The position numbers were made by a program, and so were the translations under genes. A model generated the notes under the pieces. The model made no database searches and was not told the DNA's origin. It was given only the letters and a program-made list of their open reading frames with translations. Below, piece by piece: positions 18,864 through 29,277 of a stretch of DNA of 64,000 nucleotides. The stretch lies in the NCBI GenBank assembly GCA_903907995.1, contig CAIVQH010000004.1, positions 4,049-68,048 of the forward strand, written 5' to 3'. Each line of letters starts with the position of its first letter. Positions within the stretch are counted from its first letter, which is position 1. Origin of the DNA: an uncultured Verrucomicrobiota bacterium. Its GTDB lineage: Bacteria > Verrucomicrobiota > Verrucomicrobiia > Limisphaerales > UBA9464.

Positions 18864-19751
18864 CTACCAAATCGCCAGCGTGTCCAGCACGGCTTTCGTG
18901 CGCGGCACCTCGTGCGTGCGGAACAGATCGGTCTTTCCCAGCGCGGCGAGCACCGCGAAATACGGCTCGGCGCAGCGCACCTCGTCGCCGAAGCATTCGA
19001 AGGCGTGCGGGAGTGCGTGGCAGGTCGGCCAGCCCAGCGTGCGGAGACGGAAGGTGTTCAGGAACACGCGCATCTGATGCCGGATGCGCGTCGCGGAGTC
19101 CTGGAGGTTGCGGTAGTAGAAGCCGAGGCCGGGGTCGATCCACAGCTTGCGTACGCGGTTCGCGGTGGCCAGTTCGATCTGGCGTGCGAAGTACTCGTAT
19201 AGCATCGCGGCCGGGTCTGCGCCAAAATCAAAGTCGGCCACCTCACGCACATTGGCCCCTTGCACATGGCAGAGGATCACCGCTGCATCGTGGTCCGCGA
19301 CCATGCGAAACATCTCGGAACTGCGGTCGGTGCCCGTGAGGTTCAGCACCTTCGCGCCGGCTTCGAGGCACGCGCGCGTCACCGCCGGGTGATAGGTCTC
19401 CACCGAGACGATATGTCCCGCGCCGGCGAGTTCCTTCACGACTGGGAGCAATTGGGAATTCTGCGCCCCCTCATCCACGCGGGCGGCGTGGGCCAGGGTG
19501 GATTCTGCGCCAATATCCAGGATCGCCGCCCCCTGCGCCGCGAGCACGTGTCCCCGTTGGATGGCCGCTGCGGCCGAAAGACAGACCGACTCGCGGTACC
19601 ACGAGTCTGCCGAGAGATTGATCACGCCCATCAGCTCGGGCCGCGTGTTGCCATCGAAGCGCCGGCCGCCCAGATCAAAGGCGGCGACCCGCGCCTTCAG
19701 AGAGCCGGTGTGGGCGGCGGCGAGTTCCACGAGATATTCGAGCTGAAGCAC
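18864..19751 (-). CDS. Dihydropteroate synthase-like pterin-binding protein (atypical)
   Basis: MGVINLSADS, DIGAEST, IDPGLGF and RTHEV are retained; the SRK motif is absent. Confidence 0.75.
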   Translation of the reverse strand: MLQLEYLVELAAAHTGSLKARVAAFDLGGRRFDGNTRPELMGVINLSADSWYRESVCLSAAAAIQRGHVLAAQGAAILDIGAESTLAHAARVDEGAQNSQLLPVVKELAGAGHIVSVETYHPAVTRACLEAGAKVLNLTGTDRSSEMFRMVADHDAAVILCHVQGANVREVADFDFGADPAAMLYEYFARQIELATANRVRKLWIDPGLGFYYRNLQDSATRIRHQMRVFLNTFRLRTLGWPTCHALPHAFECFGDEVRCAEPYFAVLAALGKTDLFRTHEVPRTKAVLDTLAIW

Positions 19752-19854
19752 GCGTGAAAGGTGAGGCCGGGCGGTAAAGCGTCAACGCCCGGTTCTGTCG
19801 GTGATTTTGTGAGACTTGAGAATAGGAACGCCAGCCGGTTAGGTTCCAAGGAAA

Positions 19855-20205
19855 GTGAAAAAGGAATCTAAAATGGTGTGGTGCGTCGGACGGTGGCAGG
19901 ATACCAGCGGAGTCAGTGATGTGTTTTTCGAGATCGATCTGACCGTCGATGGTTTTCGCATACTGGCAATTGACGAATACGACGGCGAGGAACTGGTCGT
20001 TTCGAAAGTGAAGTGGGAGCGTGGGTGCCTGAGTTTTGAGACACGAACGCCCTCCAATGGATGGCACACCAAGAATAAGTTCCGGCCGGCCTCGAAGAAC
20101 AAGATTATCCAGGAGCTTACCTATTGGCAGCCTTTGGAAAAAATTCCCGGAAAAGTCAGACGAGTTTCTGGCACCACGTCCCGTGGACCGGCCTCCTCAA
20201 AGTGA
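19855..20205 (+). CDS. Hypothetical protein (lower GC)
   Basis: 116-aa ORF filling the gap between two minus-strand genes; beta-rich; no family recognised. Confidence 0.55.
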   Translation: MKKESKMVWCVGRWQDTSGVSDVFFEIDLTVDGFRILAIDEYDGEELVVSKVKWERGCLSFETRTPSNGWHTKNKFRPASKNKIIQELTYWQPLEKIPGKVRRVSGTTSRGPASSK

Positions 20206-20237
20206 GCCGATTCAACCGGTAACGATGCACCGACCGC

Positions 20238-21317
<1,080 letters not shown>

Positions 21318-21384
21318 GGGAAATGGTCAGAACAGGCGGTCGAGGTGTGGCCGGCGGCCCCTTGTGACGTCACGGAGGGCCGGT

Positions 21385-21433
21385 AAAAAAGCAAACCGCC
21401 CGCCGTCCGGGAATGACCGGATCGGCGGGCGGT
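21385..21433 (-). terminator. Terminator after rpmE
   Basis: ACCGCCCGCCGATCCGG...CCGGACGGCGGGCGGT then TTGCTTTTTT on the minus strand. Confidence 0.75.
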
Positions 21434-21447
21434 ATGACGACGCGAGG

Positions 21448-21750
21448 CTACTTCTTCTTCTTCTTGGAAGACTCGGCGTCGGCCTTGGCGGCCTGGGCGG
21501 CGGCGGTCTTGGCGGCGCGCTGTTGGAACTTGTCCACACGGCCGGCGGTGTCCACGAACTTCTGCTGGCCGGTGTAGAACGGATGCGTAAACGCGCTGAT
21601 GCCCATCAGATAGAGGGGGTATTCCTGGCCGTCCTCCCACTTCGCAGTGAGACTGGTGTGGGCGCAGGACTTGGTCAGGAACATCTGCCCCGAGGCCGAG
21701 TCCCGGAAAATCGTCAATTTGTAGCTCTTCGGATGAGTGTCTGCCTTCAT
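21448..21750 (-). CDS. rpmE: 50S ribosomal protein L31, type B (no zinc motif)
   Basis: [32 protein letters not shown]; upstream TTGTCA-16-TAGCGT. Confidence 0.93.
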   Translation of the reverse strand: MKADTHPKSYKLTIFRDSASGQMFLTKSCAHTSLTAKWEDGQEYPLYLMGISAFTHPFYTGQQKFVDTAGRVDKFQQRAAKTAAAQAAKADAESSKKKKK

Positions 21751-21954
21751 AAAAATGGAGGGCGGACGCTAGCAGCCGAAAGGCGCGTGACAAGTGGTAT
21801 TTTAAACTGGTCGGAATGAGCCGGACCGACGGTTCCGCCATTCCGGCCGGACTCCCGGTCGTTTGGGCCACGCTCATCGGGCCAAATTCGCTTAAATCGC
21901 TTGAAGGGAATCGCGCCTTGACCCGTCGAGGCAAGGCACACCAAGAATTTCCCC

Positions 21955-23283
21955 ATGCACATCCCCCTTTTCCGACCCCTGTCATTGCTGACTTTGGGCG
22001 TGGTCCTGACGGTGGCGGTTTCCGCCGCGCCGAAGTACCAGCTGCACTCCTTTGCCAAACAGCAGCTTACCGACCAGTTCTGGAGCGAAGGGGCGAACTT
22101 TGGCGATTTCAACCGCGACGGCAAAATGGACGTGGTCGCCGGGCCGTTCTGGTACGAGGGGCCGGACTTCAAGGTGCGCCACGAATTCATGGCCGCCGAC
22201 AAGGTCTCCAAGAGCAAGAAGAACGGCCAGGACGTCACGTTCCCCGGCTTCAAGGGCGCCCTCGGCAGCGAAAACGAGTATGCGGCCAACTTCTTCGCCT
22301 TCACCTCCGACATCAATGGCGATGGCTGGACCGACATTCTGATCCTCGGCTTCCCCGGCGAGAACTCCTGGTGGTTTGAGAATCCGGGCAAGGACCTTTC
22401 CAAAGGCGGCCACTGGACCCAGCACGTCGCGCTCGACGTGACGGACAACGAGTCGCCGACCTTCACCGACATCACCGGTGACGGAAAGCCCGAGATCGTC
22501 TGCTCCTCGAAGGGCCATTACGGCTACGCCTCGCCCAATCCGAAAGATCCGACGAAACCCTTCACCTGGCACTCGATCTCGCCCGACAACAAGTACCATA
22601 AGTTCACCCACGGCATGGGGGTAGGTGACGTGAACGGCGACGGTCGCAAGGACCTGCTCGAAAAAGACGGCTGGTGGGAACAGCCCGCCTCGCTGGAGGG
22701 CGATCCGATCTGGGCCTTTCACAAGTGGCCCTTCGGCACCGGCGGTTCACAGATGCACGCCTATGACGTGAACGGTGACGGGCTGCCCGACGTGATTTGC
22801 AGCCTGGCGGCGCACGGTTACGGGCTGAGCTGGTTCGAGCAGTACCGGGAGGGCGGCGAGATCAAGTTCAAGGAGCACAACATCATGAACAAGGAGGCGA
22901 AGGAGAACCGTTACGGTGTCCATTTCTCCCAGATGCACGCGGTTGAACTCGTGGACATGGACGGGGACGGCCTCAAGGACATCGTCACAGGCAAGCGCTT
23001 CTGGGCTCACGGCCCCGAAGGCGATCCCGAGCCCAACGCGGCCCCGGTGCTCTTCTGGTTCCAGCTCAAGCGCAATGCCGACAAGACGGTCGACTGGGTG
23101 CCGCATCTGATCGACGACAACAGCGGCGTGGGCACGCAGGTCGTGGTCAAGGATTACAACCGGGACGGCAAGCCGGACATCCTCGTGGGCAACAAACACG
23201 GTGTGTACGTCTTCACCCACACCGCGAAGACGGTCAGCAAGGCGGAGTGGGAGGCGGCCCAACCCAAGCCGGTCTTCCCGTAA
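21955..23283 (+). CDS. Secreted FG-GAP/VCBS-repeat beta-propeller protein
   Basis: Signal peptide; seven DxNxDGxxD-type motifs. Confidence 0.85.
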   Translation: MHIPLFRPLSLLTLGVVLTVAVSAAPKYQLHSFAKQQLTDQFWSEGANFGDFNRDGKMDVVAGPFWYEGPDFKVRHEFMAADKVSKSKKNGQDVTFPGFKGALGSENEYAANFFAFTSDINGDGWTDILILGFPGENSWWFENPGKDLSKGGHWTQHVALDVTDNESPTFTDITGDGKPEIVCSSKGHYGYASPNPKDPTKPFTWHSISPDNKYHKFTHGMGVGDVNGDGRKDLLEKDGWWEQPASLEGDPIWAFHKWPFGTGGSQMHAYDVNGDGLPDVICSLAAHGYGLSWFEQYREGGEIKFKEHNIMNKEAKENRYGVHFSQMHAVELVDMDGDGLKDIVTGKRFWAHGPEGDPEPNAAPVLFWFQLKRNADKTVDWVPHLIDDNSGVGTQVVVKDYNRDGKPDILVGNKHGVYVFTHTAKTVSKAEWEAAQPKPVFP

Positions 23284-23301
23284 GCCGGGAATGGTGCGGC
23301 T

Positions 23302-23727
23302 TCACGCCGTCGCCCGCACGAGCAGCACCGGCACGGTCGCCTTGTGGCGCACCATCGCGATGGTGCTGCCGAAGAGCAGGTCGCCGATGAAGCGATGGCC
23401 GTGCGTGGTCATCGCGATCAGATCGCAATGCTCGGCGGCGGCGGTGCGCAGAATTTCCGTCGCGGGATCACCCATGGGCAGCGAGACCGACACGGTCAGC
23501 CCGGCCTCACGCAGTCCGGCGGCGGTCGTCTCCAGATAATCGCGGTCGGCCCGGATCTCATCGGACTCCGCGAGCTTCAGCGTGTTGAAGTTGCGCGCCA
23601 CCCAGCCATCGGCGACATGCACGAGCAGCAGTTCCGAGCGCATCAGGGTCGCCAGTTGCTGGATGTGCGGGAGCAGCGAGCGGTCGGCGCGGCCGTTTTC
23701 GAGGGCGACGAGGATTTTGTGGTACAT
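23302..23727 (-). CDS. Universal stress protein
   Basis: MYHKILVAL, DLIAMTTHGH, FGST, PVLLV. Confidence 0.9.
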   Translation of the reverse strand: MYHKILVALENGRADRSLLPHIQQLATLMRSELLLVHVADGWVARNFNTLKLAESDEIRADRDYLETTAAGLREAGLTVSVSLPMGDPATEILRTAAAEHCDLIAMTTHGHRFIGDLLFGSTIAMVRHKATVPVLLVRATA

Positions 23728-23746
23728 GGCTGCGGCGGGCAGGGCG

Positions 23747-25111
23747 TCATTTCACCCACTCGACGACCTTGTCGAAGAGGTATTTCACATTGAGCGCCAC
23801 GATGATGCCGGCGGTGATCCAGGCGAGGATTTTCACCCAGAGCGGATTGACGAACTCACCCATCTTTTTGCGGCTGCTGGTGAAGATGATCAGGGGGATC
23901 ACCGCGAAGGAAAGCTGCAGGCTGAGCACCACCTGGCTGAAGATGAGCAGATCGTTGGTGCCCTTTTCCCCGTAGAGCACAGTGACGACCACAGCCGGCA
24001 CGATGGCCAGCAGCCGCGTGATGAGCCGGCGCAGCCAGGGGCGCAGGCGGAGGTTCAAAAAGCCCTCCATCACGATCTGGCCTGCGAGCGTGCCGGTGAG
24101 CGTCGAGTTCTGGCCGGAAGCGAGCAGCGCCACCGCGAAGAGCGTGCTCGCGAGGCCGACCCCGAGCATGGGCGAGAGGAGCTTGTGCGCGTCCTGGATC
24201 TCGGCGACGTTGTGCTCCGTGCCGTGGAAGGTGGCGGCGGCCACGATGAGGATGGCGGCATTGATGAACAGCGCGAACATCAGGGCCAGGGTCGAGTCGA
24301 TGGTGGCAAACTTGATTGCCTCGCGCCGGCCTTCGGGTGTCGGCTCATACTTGCGCGTCTGCACGATGCTGGAGTGCAGGTAGAGGTTATGCGGCATCAC
24401 CGTTGCCCCGAGGATGCCGATGGCGACGTACAGCATTGCCGGATTTTTGATGATCTCGAACTTCGGCACGAACCCGCCCAACACGGCAATGACGTCGGGC
24501 CGGGAAAAGATGATTTCCGCGAGGAAGCAGCTGCCGATGGTCAGGATGAGCGTGACCACCAGCGCCTCGATGTAGCGGAAGCCCCGGTTTTGCAGGTACA
24601 TCACCGCCAGCACGTCGAGCGCGGTGAGGCACACGCCCCAGACCAGCGGAATTTTGAAGAGCAGGTTGAGCGCGATGGCCGAGCCGATGACCTCGGCGAG
24701 GTCGCACGCACAGATGGCGATCTCGCACATCAGCCAGAGCACGACCGTTACGGGCTTCGAATAATGGTCCCGACAAGCCTGCGCGAGGTCGCGTCCCGTA
24801 ACGATGCCCAGCTTCGCGCAGAGCGACTGCAGCAGGATCGCCATCAGGTTGGAGAGGAGGATGACGCTCAGGAGCGCGTAGCCGAACTCCGAGCCACCCG
24901 CGAGGTCGGTGGCCCAGTTGCCCGGGTCCATGTAGCCCACGGCCACCAGATAGCCCGGGCCGGAGAAGGCCAGCAGCTTGCGCCAGAAGCTGAGGTTTTT
25001 CGGTACCGGGATGGTCCCATGCACCTCGGCGAGGCTCTTTTGTGCCGATTCCTGGCGCCAGGCCCCGGGCGAGGGATCGACCGCGACCGGGATGGGAGGA
25101 CGGACTTTCAT
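23747..25111 (-). CDS. mntH: Nramp-family Mn2+ transporter
   Basis: [37 protein letters not shown]. Confidence 0.95.
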   Translation of the reverse strand: MKVRPPIPVAVDPSPGAWRQESAQKSLAEVHGTIPVPKNLSFWRKLLAFSGPGYLVAVGYMDPGNWATDLAGGSEFGYALLSVILLSNLMAILLQSLCAKLGIVTGRDLAQACRDHYSKPVTVVLWLMCEIAICACDLAEVIGSAIALNLLFKIPLVWGVCLTALDVLAVMYLQNRGFRYIEALVVTLILTIGSCFLAEIIFSRPDVIAVLGGFVPKFEIIKNPAMLYVAIGILGATVMPHNLYLHSSIVQTRKYEPTPEGRREAIKFATIDSTLALMFALFINAAILIVAAATFHGTEHNVAEIQDAHKLLSPMLGVGLASTLFAVALLASGQNSTLTGTLAGQIVMEGFLNLRLRPWLRRLITRLLAIVPAVVVTVLYGEKGTNDLLIFSQVVLSLQLSFAVIPLIIFTSSRKKMGEFVNPLWVKILAWITAGIIVALNVKYLFDKVVEWVK

Positions 25112-25116
25112 GAACT

Positions 25117-26466
25117 TCAAAACTCCACGTGGGCCCGCAGGCCGAACACGTGTACCGGACCGCGATCTCGGTTGAACGCGGGATTGGCGACAAACTCGTA
25201 GTGCGCGCTGGTGTGCAGCCAGTGCGTGATCGCGCAGTCGTAGTAGGTCTCGAAAAACTGTTCCCAGCCGTAGTTCAGCGCGCCATCGCCCGCGAGGATT
25301 CCGATGCCGCCCGCCGCGAGATAGTCCTGGTGAACCTTGGAGATGCCGTTGAATCCGCCGCCCACGGCGAAAGTATCGTCCGGCCGGCCCCAGCCGCCAC
25401 CGCGCAGGCTGAAGCCGGCGGTGGCGCTTTCGTCCACATCATTGAAATGCCACGCCTCGGTGCGTCCGTCGCTCCAACCGAGCCGGCCGAACACGCCGAG
25501 ATTTTTGGTCAGCGCCTGATCCCAGCTCAGGCCGGTGCCGAACTTGTAGCGGTAATCGCCGTTCGTCACGGTGGCATCTGCCGGGTAAATGCCCGTCGAG
25601 AGGGCCGAGGCTACGGCCGCTCCATAGGAACCCATGTGAGCGCGGTTCAGGTAGCCGAGCACGCGCACGGAGCCGGGCCGCTCACCCAGTGCATAGCGCC
25701 ACTCGAATTCCGTGACCATCGCCCACGCTTGCAGGAAGGCGGGATCAAGCGCCATGCCGTTCGAGCGGCGCGGGGTCTGGAAGAAGCCGTAGCGCAGGGC
25801 CCAGCGGCGCTCGTTCAGCTCCACCGTCGCGCCGGTCATGTAGCCGAGCGCGTCCGCGGGGTAATCCCACGCGTTGTTGGCCATCAGCGACCAGTCGAGG
25901 AACTGCGTGCGCGGATCGTTCGCGTAGGCGTTGCCGTCGAAGAGGTCCTTCGCGCTGAGTTTGCCGACCGTGAAGGTGAGCCGTGAAACGTCGCGTTTGC
26001 CGGCGAGTTCGAACATGTCGTCCTCCACCGGTTCCTGCTCGCCGCCGAGGCCGAAGCTCTGCCGCAGAAACACCCGCGCCATGGTGATGTTGGGAAGTTT
26101 GGTGCCGAGCTTGAAGGCCTCGCCGTTGGGAAAGGCCTCCAGGCCCACCGCGTTGCCCAGGCCGAAGCCCTGCCACACCAGCGCGTCGGCAAACGCCGCC
26201 GCTCCGCTCCACAGCCGCACCCCGCCGACGAGGTCGAACGAGACCGTTTCCCGCACCGAGTTCACATCCGGCAGGCTGCGTGTTCCTTCGTACGGCGCGG
26301 TGAAGTGGGTGTTCCCCTCGGCGACCACCGTGGCCTGGGTGTGCCAGTTCCACGGCGCTTCCAGCGGCTCGGTGGCGGCAGGAGAGTTGGTCGGCTCCGC
26401 CGCGGCGGCGGTGGCACAGAAGATCATCCCGCCCACCAGCCCCGCAATCTGTTCAGTCTGACGCAT
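25117..26466 (-). CDS. OprB-family porin, MnoP-like
   Basis: Signal peptide; [20 protein letters not shown]; C-terminal Phe; overlaps the 5' end of the mntH ORF. Confidence 0.8.
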   Translation of the reverse strand: MRQTEQIAGLVGGMIFCATAAAAEPTNSPAATEPLEAPWNWHTQATVVAEGNTHFTAPYEGTRSLPDVNSVRETVSFDLVGGVRLWSGAAAFADALVWQGFGLGNAVGLEAFPNGEAFKLGTKLPNITMARVFLRQSFGLGGEQEPVEDDMFELAGKRDVSRLTFTVGKLSAKDLFDGNAYANDPRTQFLDWSLMANNAWDYPADALGYMTGATVELNERRWALRYGFFQTPRRSNGMALDPAFLQAWAMVTEFEWRYALGERPGSVRVLGYLNRAHMGSYGAAVASALSTGIYPADATVTNGDYRYKFGTGLSWDQALTKNLGVFGRLGWSDGRTEAWHFNDVDESATAGFSLRGGGWGRPDDTFAVGGGFNGISKVHQDYLAAGGIGILAGDGALNYGWEQFFETYYDCAITHWLHTSAHYEFVANPAFNRDRGPVHVFGLRAHVEF

Positions 26467-26697
26467 GGAGGAATTGGAACCGGATCAGCAGCGGCACGCC
26501 AGCCTGAGAAAAGGGTTCAAAGCGCCAACGAAACCGGTGACCCCGGGGGCGACGTCGCCATTTACCGTAAGGGGGCAATCCGGCCGGTCCGGGGCCGAAG
26601 CATCCGTCTCCATGGCGAAAGCGAAGGCAATGACGGCGGGCGGCAACGGTCTCATCGCGGTGACGATGCGAATCCGTGAGTATTCTGTCAAATAATT

Positions 26698-26735
26698 TGT
26701 TTTGTGGCTAAAACATTTGTTCTTGGCTCAAATCA
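26698..26735. promoter_or_regulatory. Tandem candidate MntR operators
   Basis: TGTTTT-GTGGCT-AAAACA (26698-26715) and a degenerate TGTTCT-TGGCTC-AAATCA (26718-26735), beside a minus-strand TTGACA. Confidence 0.55.
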
Positions 26736-26775
26736 CGGGCTTGGCGTCGGCCCGGGCCGCTGCTACCAACCGCGT

Positions 26776-27228
26776 GTGCCAACCGCCGCCCGACCGCGTG
26801 CCCAGGACGTGCGCCGCTCCGAGTCCACCGAGGACCATCTGGAGCGCATCCACGACCTCGTGGAGGCCAAGGGCTATGCGCGGGTCACCGATATTGCGGA
26901 GGCGCTGGGGCTGACGCGTTCGACCGTGTCGAACATGGTCCGGCGGCTGGCGGCGCGTGGCTTCGTGAACTACGAGCGCTATCGCGGATTCACGCTCACG
27001 ACCGAGGGGCGGGCCGTGGCGCGGCACATCAAGGAGCGTCACCAGACGCTCACGGCGCTGCTCGGCCAATTGGGGTTGGAGGCCGACACCATCGCGGCCG
27101 AAGTCGAGGACATCGAGCACCACCTGAATCCGGCCACGCTGGCGGCCTTCGCGTCGCTGGTGGAGTTCTGGCGGCTGCATCCCGGGCAGCTGCGTGAGTT
27201 CCTGCGGTTTCACCGGCGGAGCCGGTGA
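26776..27228 (+). CDS. mntR: DtxR/MntR-family metal-dependent regulator
   Basis: EDHLERI, GYARVTDIA, STVSNMVRRL, EDIEHH; divergent from the mntH operon. Confidence 0.88.
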   Translation: MPTAARPRAQDVRRSESTEDHLERIHDLVEAKGYARVTDIAEALGLTRSTVSNMVRRLAARGFVNYERYRGFTLTTEGRAVARHIKERHQTLTALLGQLGLEADTIAAEVEDIEHHLNPATLAAFASLVEFWRLHPGQLREFLRFHRRSR

Positions 27229-27358
27229 CATTGAACGCCGCGGAGCCGATTCGCGTCAGGGAAGTGAACAACGGCACGCTAAAAGGTTTTGACCGTCCGG
27301 ATGGCGGGCATTAAACGGGGCGTGCGCGTTGGAGATTTCAAGAATTGAACCGTCATAA

Positions 27359-28093
27359 ATGAACCTTTTGTCCGGGCTTCTCGCCACTGGTGATAGTGGC
27401 ATGAAGCTCAGCTATGTCTGGGACAAGGCCACTCCCGAGGCCAAGGTCATCATCCTTGTCCTGGCGATTTTCTCCATTTTCGCGTGGGCGGTGATGTTCA
27501 CCAAGGCGCAGCAGATGCGCCGGGCCAAGCGCCTGAACCACTACTTCGAGTCGGAGTACCGCGGGCAGAAGTCCGTGCTCGGCATCTACGACCGCAAGCT
27601 GCCCGTGGATGGCTGCCCGCTGTTCGCCGTCTATCAGGATGGCTGCACCGACCTGGAAGGCCGTTTGCGGAATGCGGAGGGTGGCCGCAAAACACATGTC
27701 TCCATCAAGACGATGGAGCACGTGAAGCGCTCCTTGGAGGGGGCGGTGGCCCGGGAAGCCCTGAAGCTGGAATCCGGCCTCGTCTTGTTGGCGGCCGCCG
27801 TAAGCGGTGCGCCATTCCTCGGTCTGCTGGGCACGGTGTGGGGCGTGATGGACGCCTTCGGCGGGGTCGCCATGGCGGCCCAGGCGGGCAACCGTGCCGA
27901 CCTGGCCGCGATGGCACCGGGTGTGGCGGCGGCGCTGATCACCACCGTGGCCGGTTTGCTGGTGGCGATTCCGTCGATGTTCGGCTATAACTGGCTGGTT
28001 CACAACCTGCGCGTGCTGACCGTTGAGCTGGATAACTTTGCCCAGAGTCTGGCCTCCCGCCTGGAGACGGAATTCCTGAAAGAGGACGAGTAA
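27359..28093 (+). CDS. tolQ: TolQ (MotA/TolQ/ExbB proton channel)
   Basis: APFLGLLGTVWGVM, APGVAAALITTVAGLLVAIP; tol-pal context. Confidence 0.88.
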   Translation: MNLLSGLLATGDSGMKLSYVWDKATPEAKVIILVLAIFSIFAWAVMFTKAQQMRRAKRLNHYFESEYRGQKSVLGIYDRKLPVDGCPLFAVYQDGCTDLEGRLRNAEGGRKTHVSIKTMEHVKRSLEGAVAREALKLESGLVLLAAAVSGAPFLGLLGTVWGVMDAFGGVAMAAQAGNRADLAAMAPGVAAALITTVAGLLVAIPSMFGYNWLVHNLRVLTVELDNFAQSLASRLETEFLKEDE

Positions 28094-28096
28094 CCC

Positions 28097-28840
28097 ATGA
28101 GCGAACCGACGCCAGCAGCGGACAATGCCGTAAAGCGCCAGGGCAGGGGCGTGCTCTGTGCCAAATGTGAGCACCTGAACCCATTGGGCATCGAGCAATG
28201 CGAGACCTGCCAGGCTCCCCTTTACGTCTCCTGCCCGAAGTGCGGGCATCGGAACCCGGCGGTGCTAGATCACTGCCTGGAATGCAAGCGGCGGCAGATC
28301 CCCATGGCCCCGCCGGAAAACCGTGAATCCGGACCGAGGGGACAAGGCATCCTTTGCGCGAAGTGCGAGCACCTGAACCCGCTGGGACTGGAAAAATGTG
28401 AGACCTGCCACGCGGCGCTCTTTGCCCCCTGCCCGCGGTGTGGGCACCTGAATCCGTGCGTGCTGGATCACTGCGAAAAATGCCATCCCCGGCAGCTGCA
28501 GCAGCCTCTGCCGGCATCCCGCGAGGACGGGCCCAAGGGACCCGGGGTGCTCTGCGTGAAATGCGAGCACCTGAACCCGCACGGGGTTGACCTGTGCGAA
28601 TCCTGCGGTGCCCATCTGTTTGTCTTCTGCGCCAAGTGCGATGAGCGCAACGCCCGGGTTTATTCGCGCTGCCAGCGCTGCCAGCGCAAGCTGCATCGCA
28701 CCGTGCAGGAGCGCTGGAAGGACGGCGCCGAGCCCAAGCCGGTGAACCTGCTCTATTTCGCCTTCGCACTGCTGGGCCTGCTGCTGCTGTTTGGGCTGGC
28801 CGTCTGGCTTTCCGGCGTGCGTCTGCCGCGGCTCTGGTAA
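28097..28840 (+). CDS. Triple double-zinc-ribbon protein with C-terminal TM anchor
   Basis: Three 66-aa repeats, each with four CxxC; hydrophobic C-terminal helix. Confidence 0.85.
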   Translation: MSEPTPAADNAVKRQGRGVLCAKCEHLNPLGIEQCETCQAPLYVSCPKCGHRNPAVLDHCLECKRRQIPMAPPENRESGPRGQGILCAKCEHLNPLGLEKCETCHAALFAPCPRCGHLNPCVLDHCEKCHPRQLQQPLPASREDGPKGPGVLCVKCEHLNPHGVDLCESCGAHLFVFCAKCDERNARVYSRCQRCQRKLHRTVQERWKDGAEPKPVNLLYFAFALLGLLLLFGLAVWLSGVRLPRLW

Positions 28841-28852
28841 CCCGCCCCGACC

Positions 28853-29275
28853 ATGCGCCGCTTCTCCTCCCGCAACCAGCTGGTGACGCTGAACGAGATC
28901 AACGTCACGCCGCTGCTCGACCTCGCGTTCGTGCTGCTGATCATCTTCATCATCACCACGCCGCTGCTGGAGCAGAGCCTCAGCCTCAAGCTGCCCAACG
29001 GCGGTGAGGCCAAACAGACCGCCAATGCCTCGGATGTCGTGACGGTCGAAGGTACGTCCAGCGGCGAGTTCCGGTTCAAAGGCCGGCGGATCGGCGGTGA
29101 ACGGGAACTGGAACAGCAGCTCGTGAACGCGTATCGCGCCAACAAGAACCTGGTTGTGCGCGTCCGGGTGGAGGGCCGGGGACCGGCCCAGACGCTGGTG
29201 ACGATTCTGGACATCTGCCGGCGCAACGGCATCACCCGCTTTGACCTGGCCACCGAGCCGGCGAGCCGGCACTGA
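28853..29275 (+). CDS. tolR: TolR/ExbD
   Basis: EINVTPLLDLAFVLLIIFII. Confidence 0.88.
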   Translation: MRRFSSRNQLVTLNEINVTPLLDLAFVLLIIFIITTPLLEQSLSLKLPNGGEAKQTANASDVVTVEGTSSGEFRFKGRRIGGERELEQQLVNAYRANKNLVVRVRVEGRGPAQTLVTILDICRRNGITRFDLATEPASRH

Positions 29276-29277
29276 CC

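Noticed and set aside
17565-19202. Long antisense ORFs (also 23582-25201, 32258-33724, 36692-38215, 49677-51005, 56594-58159 and others)
   Set aside because: Shadow frames of well-supported genes on the opposite strand, expected in high-GC DNA; no recognisable motifs
21448-21750. L31 type B as a zinc-starvation paralog
   Set aside because: It occupies the standard rpmE-prfA locus with a plain sigma70 promoter and no visible operator
26467-26690. yybP-ykoY Mn riboswitch upstream of the porin-mntH operon
   Set aside because: The GGGGAGUA and CAAC/AUAC hallmarks are not seen; only an isolated GAGACC
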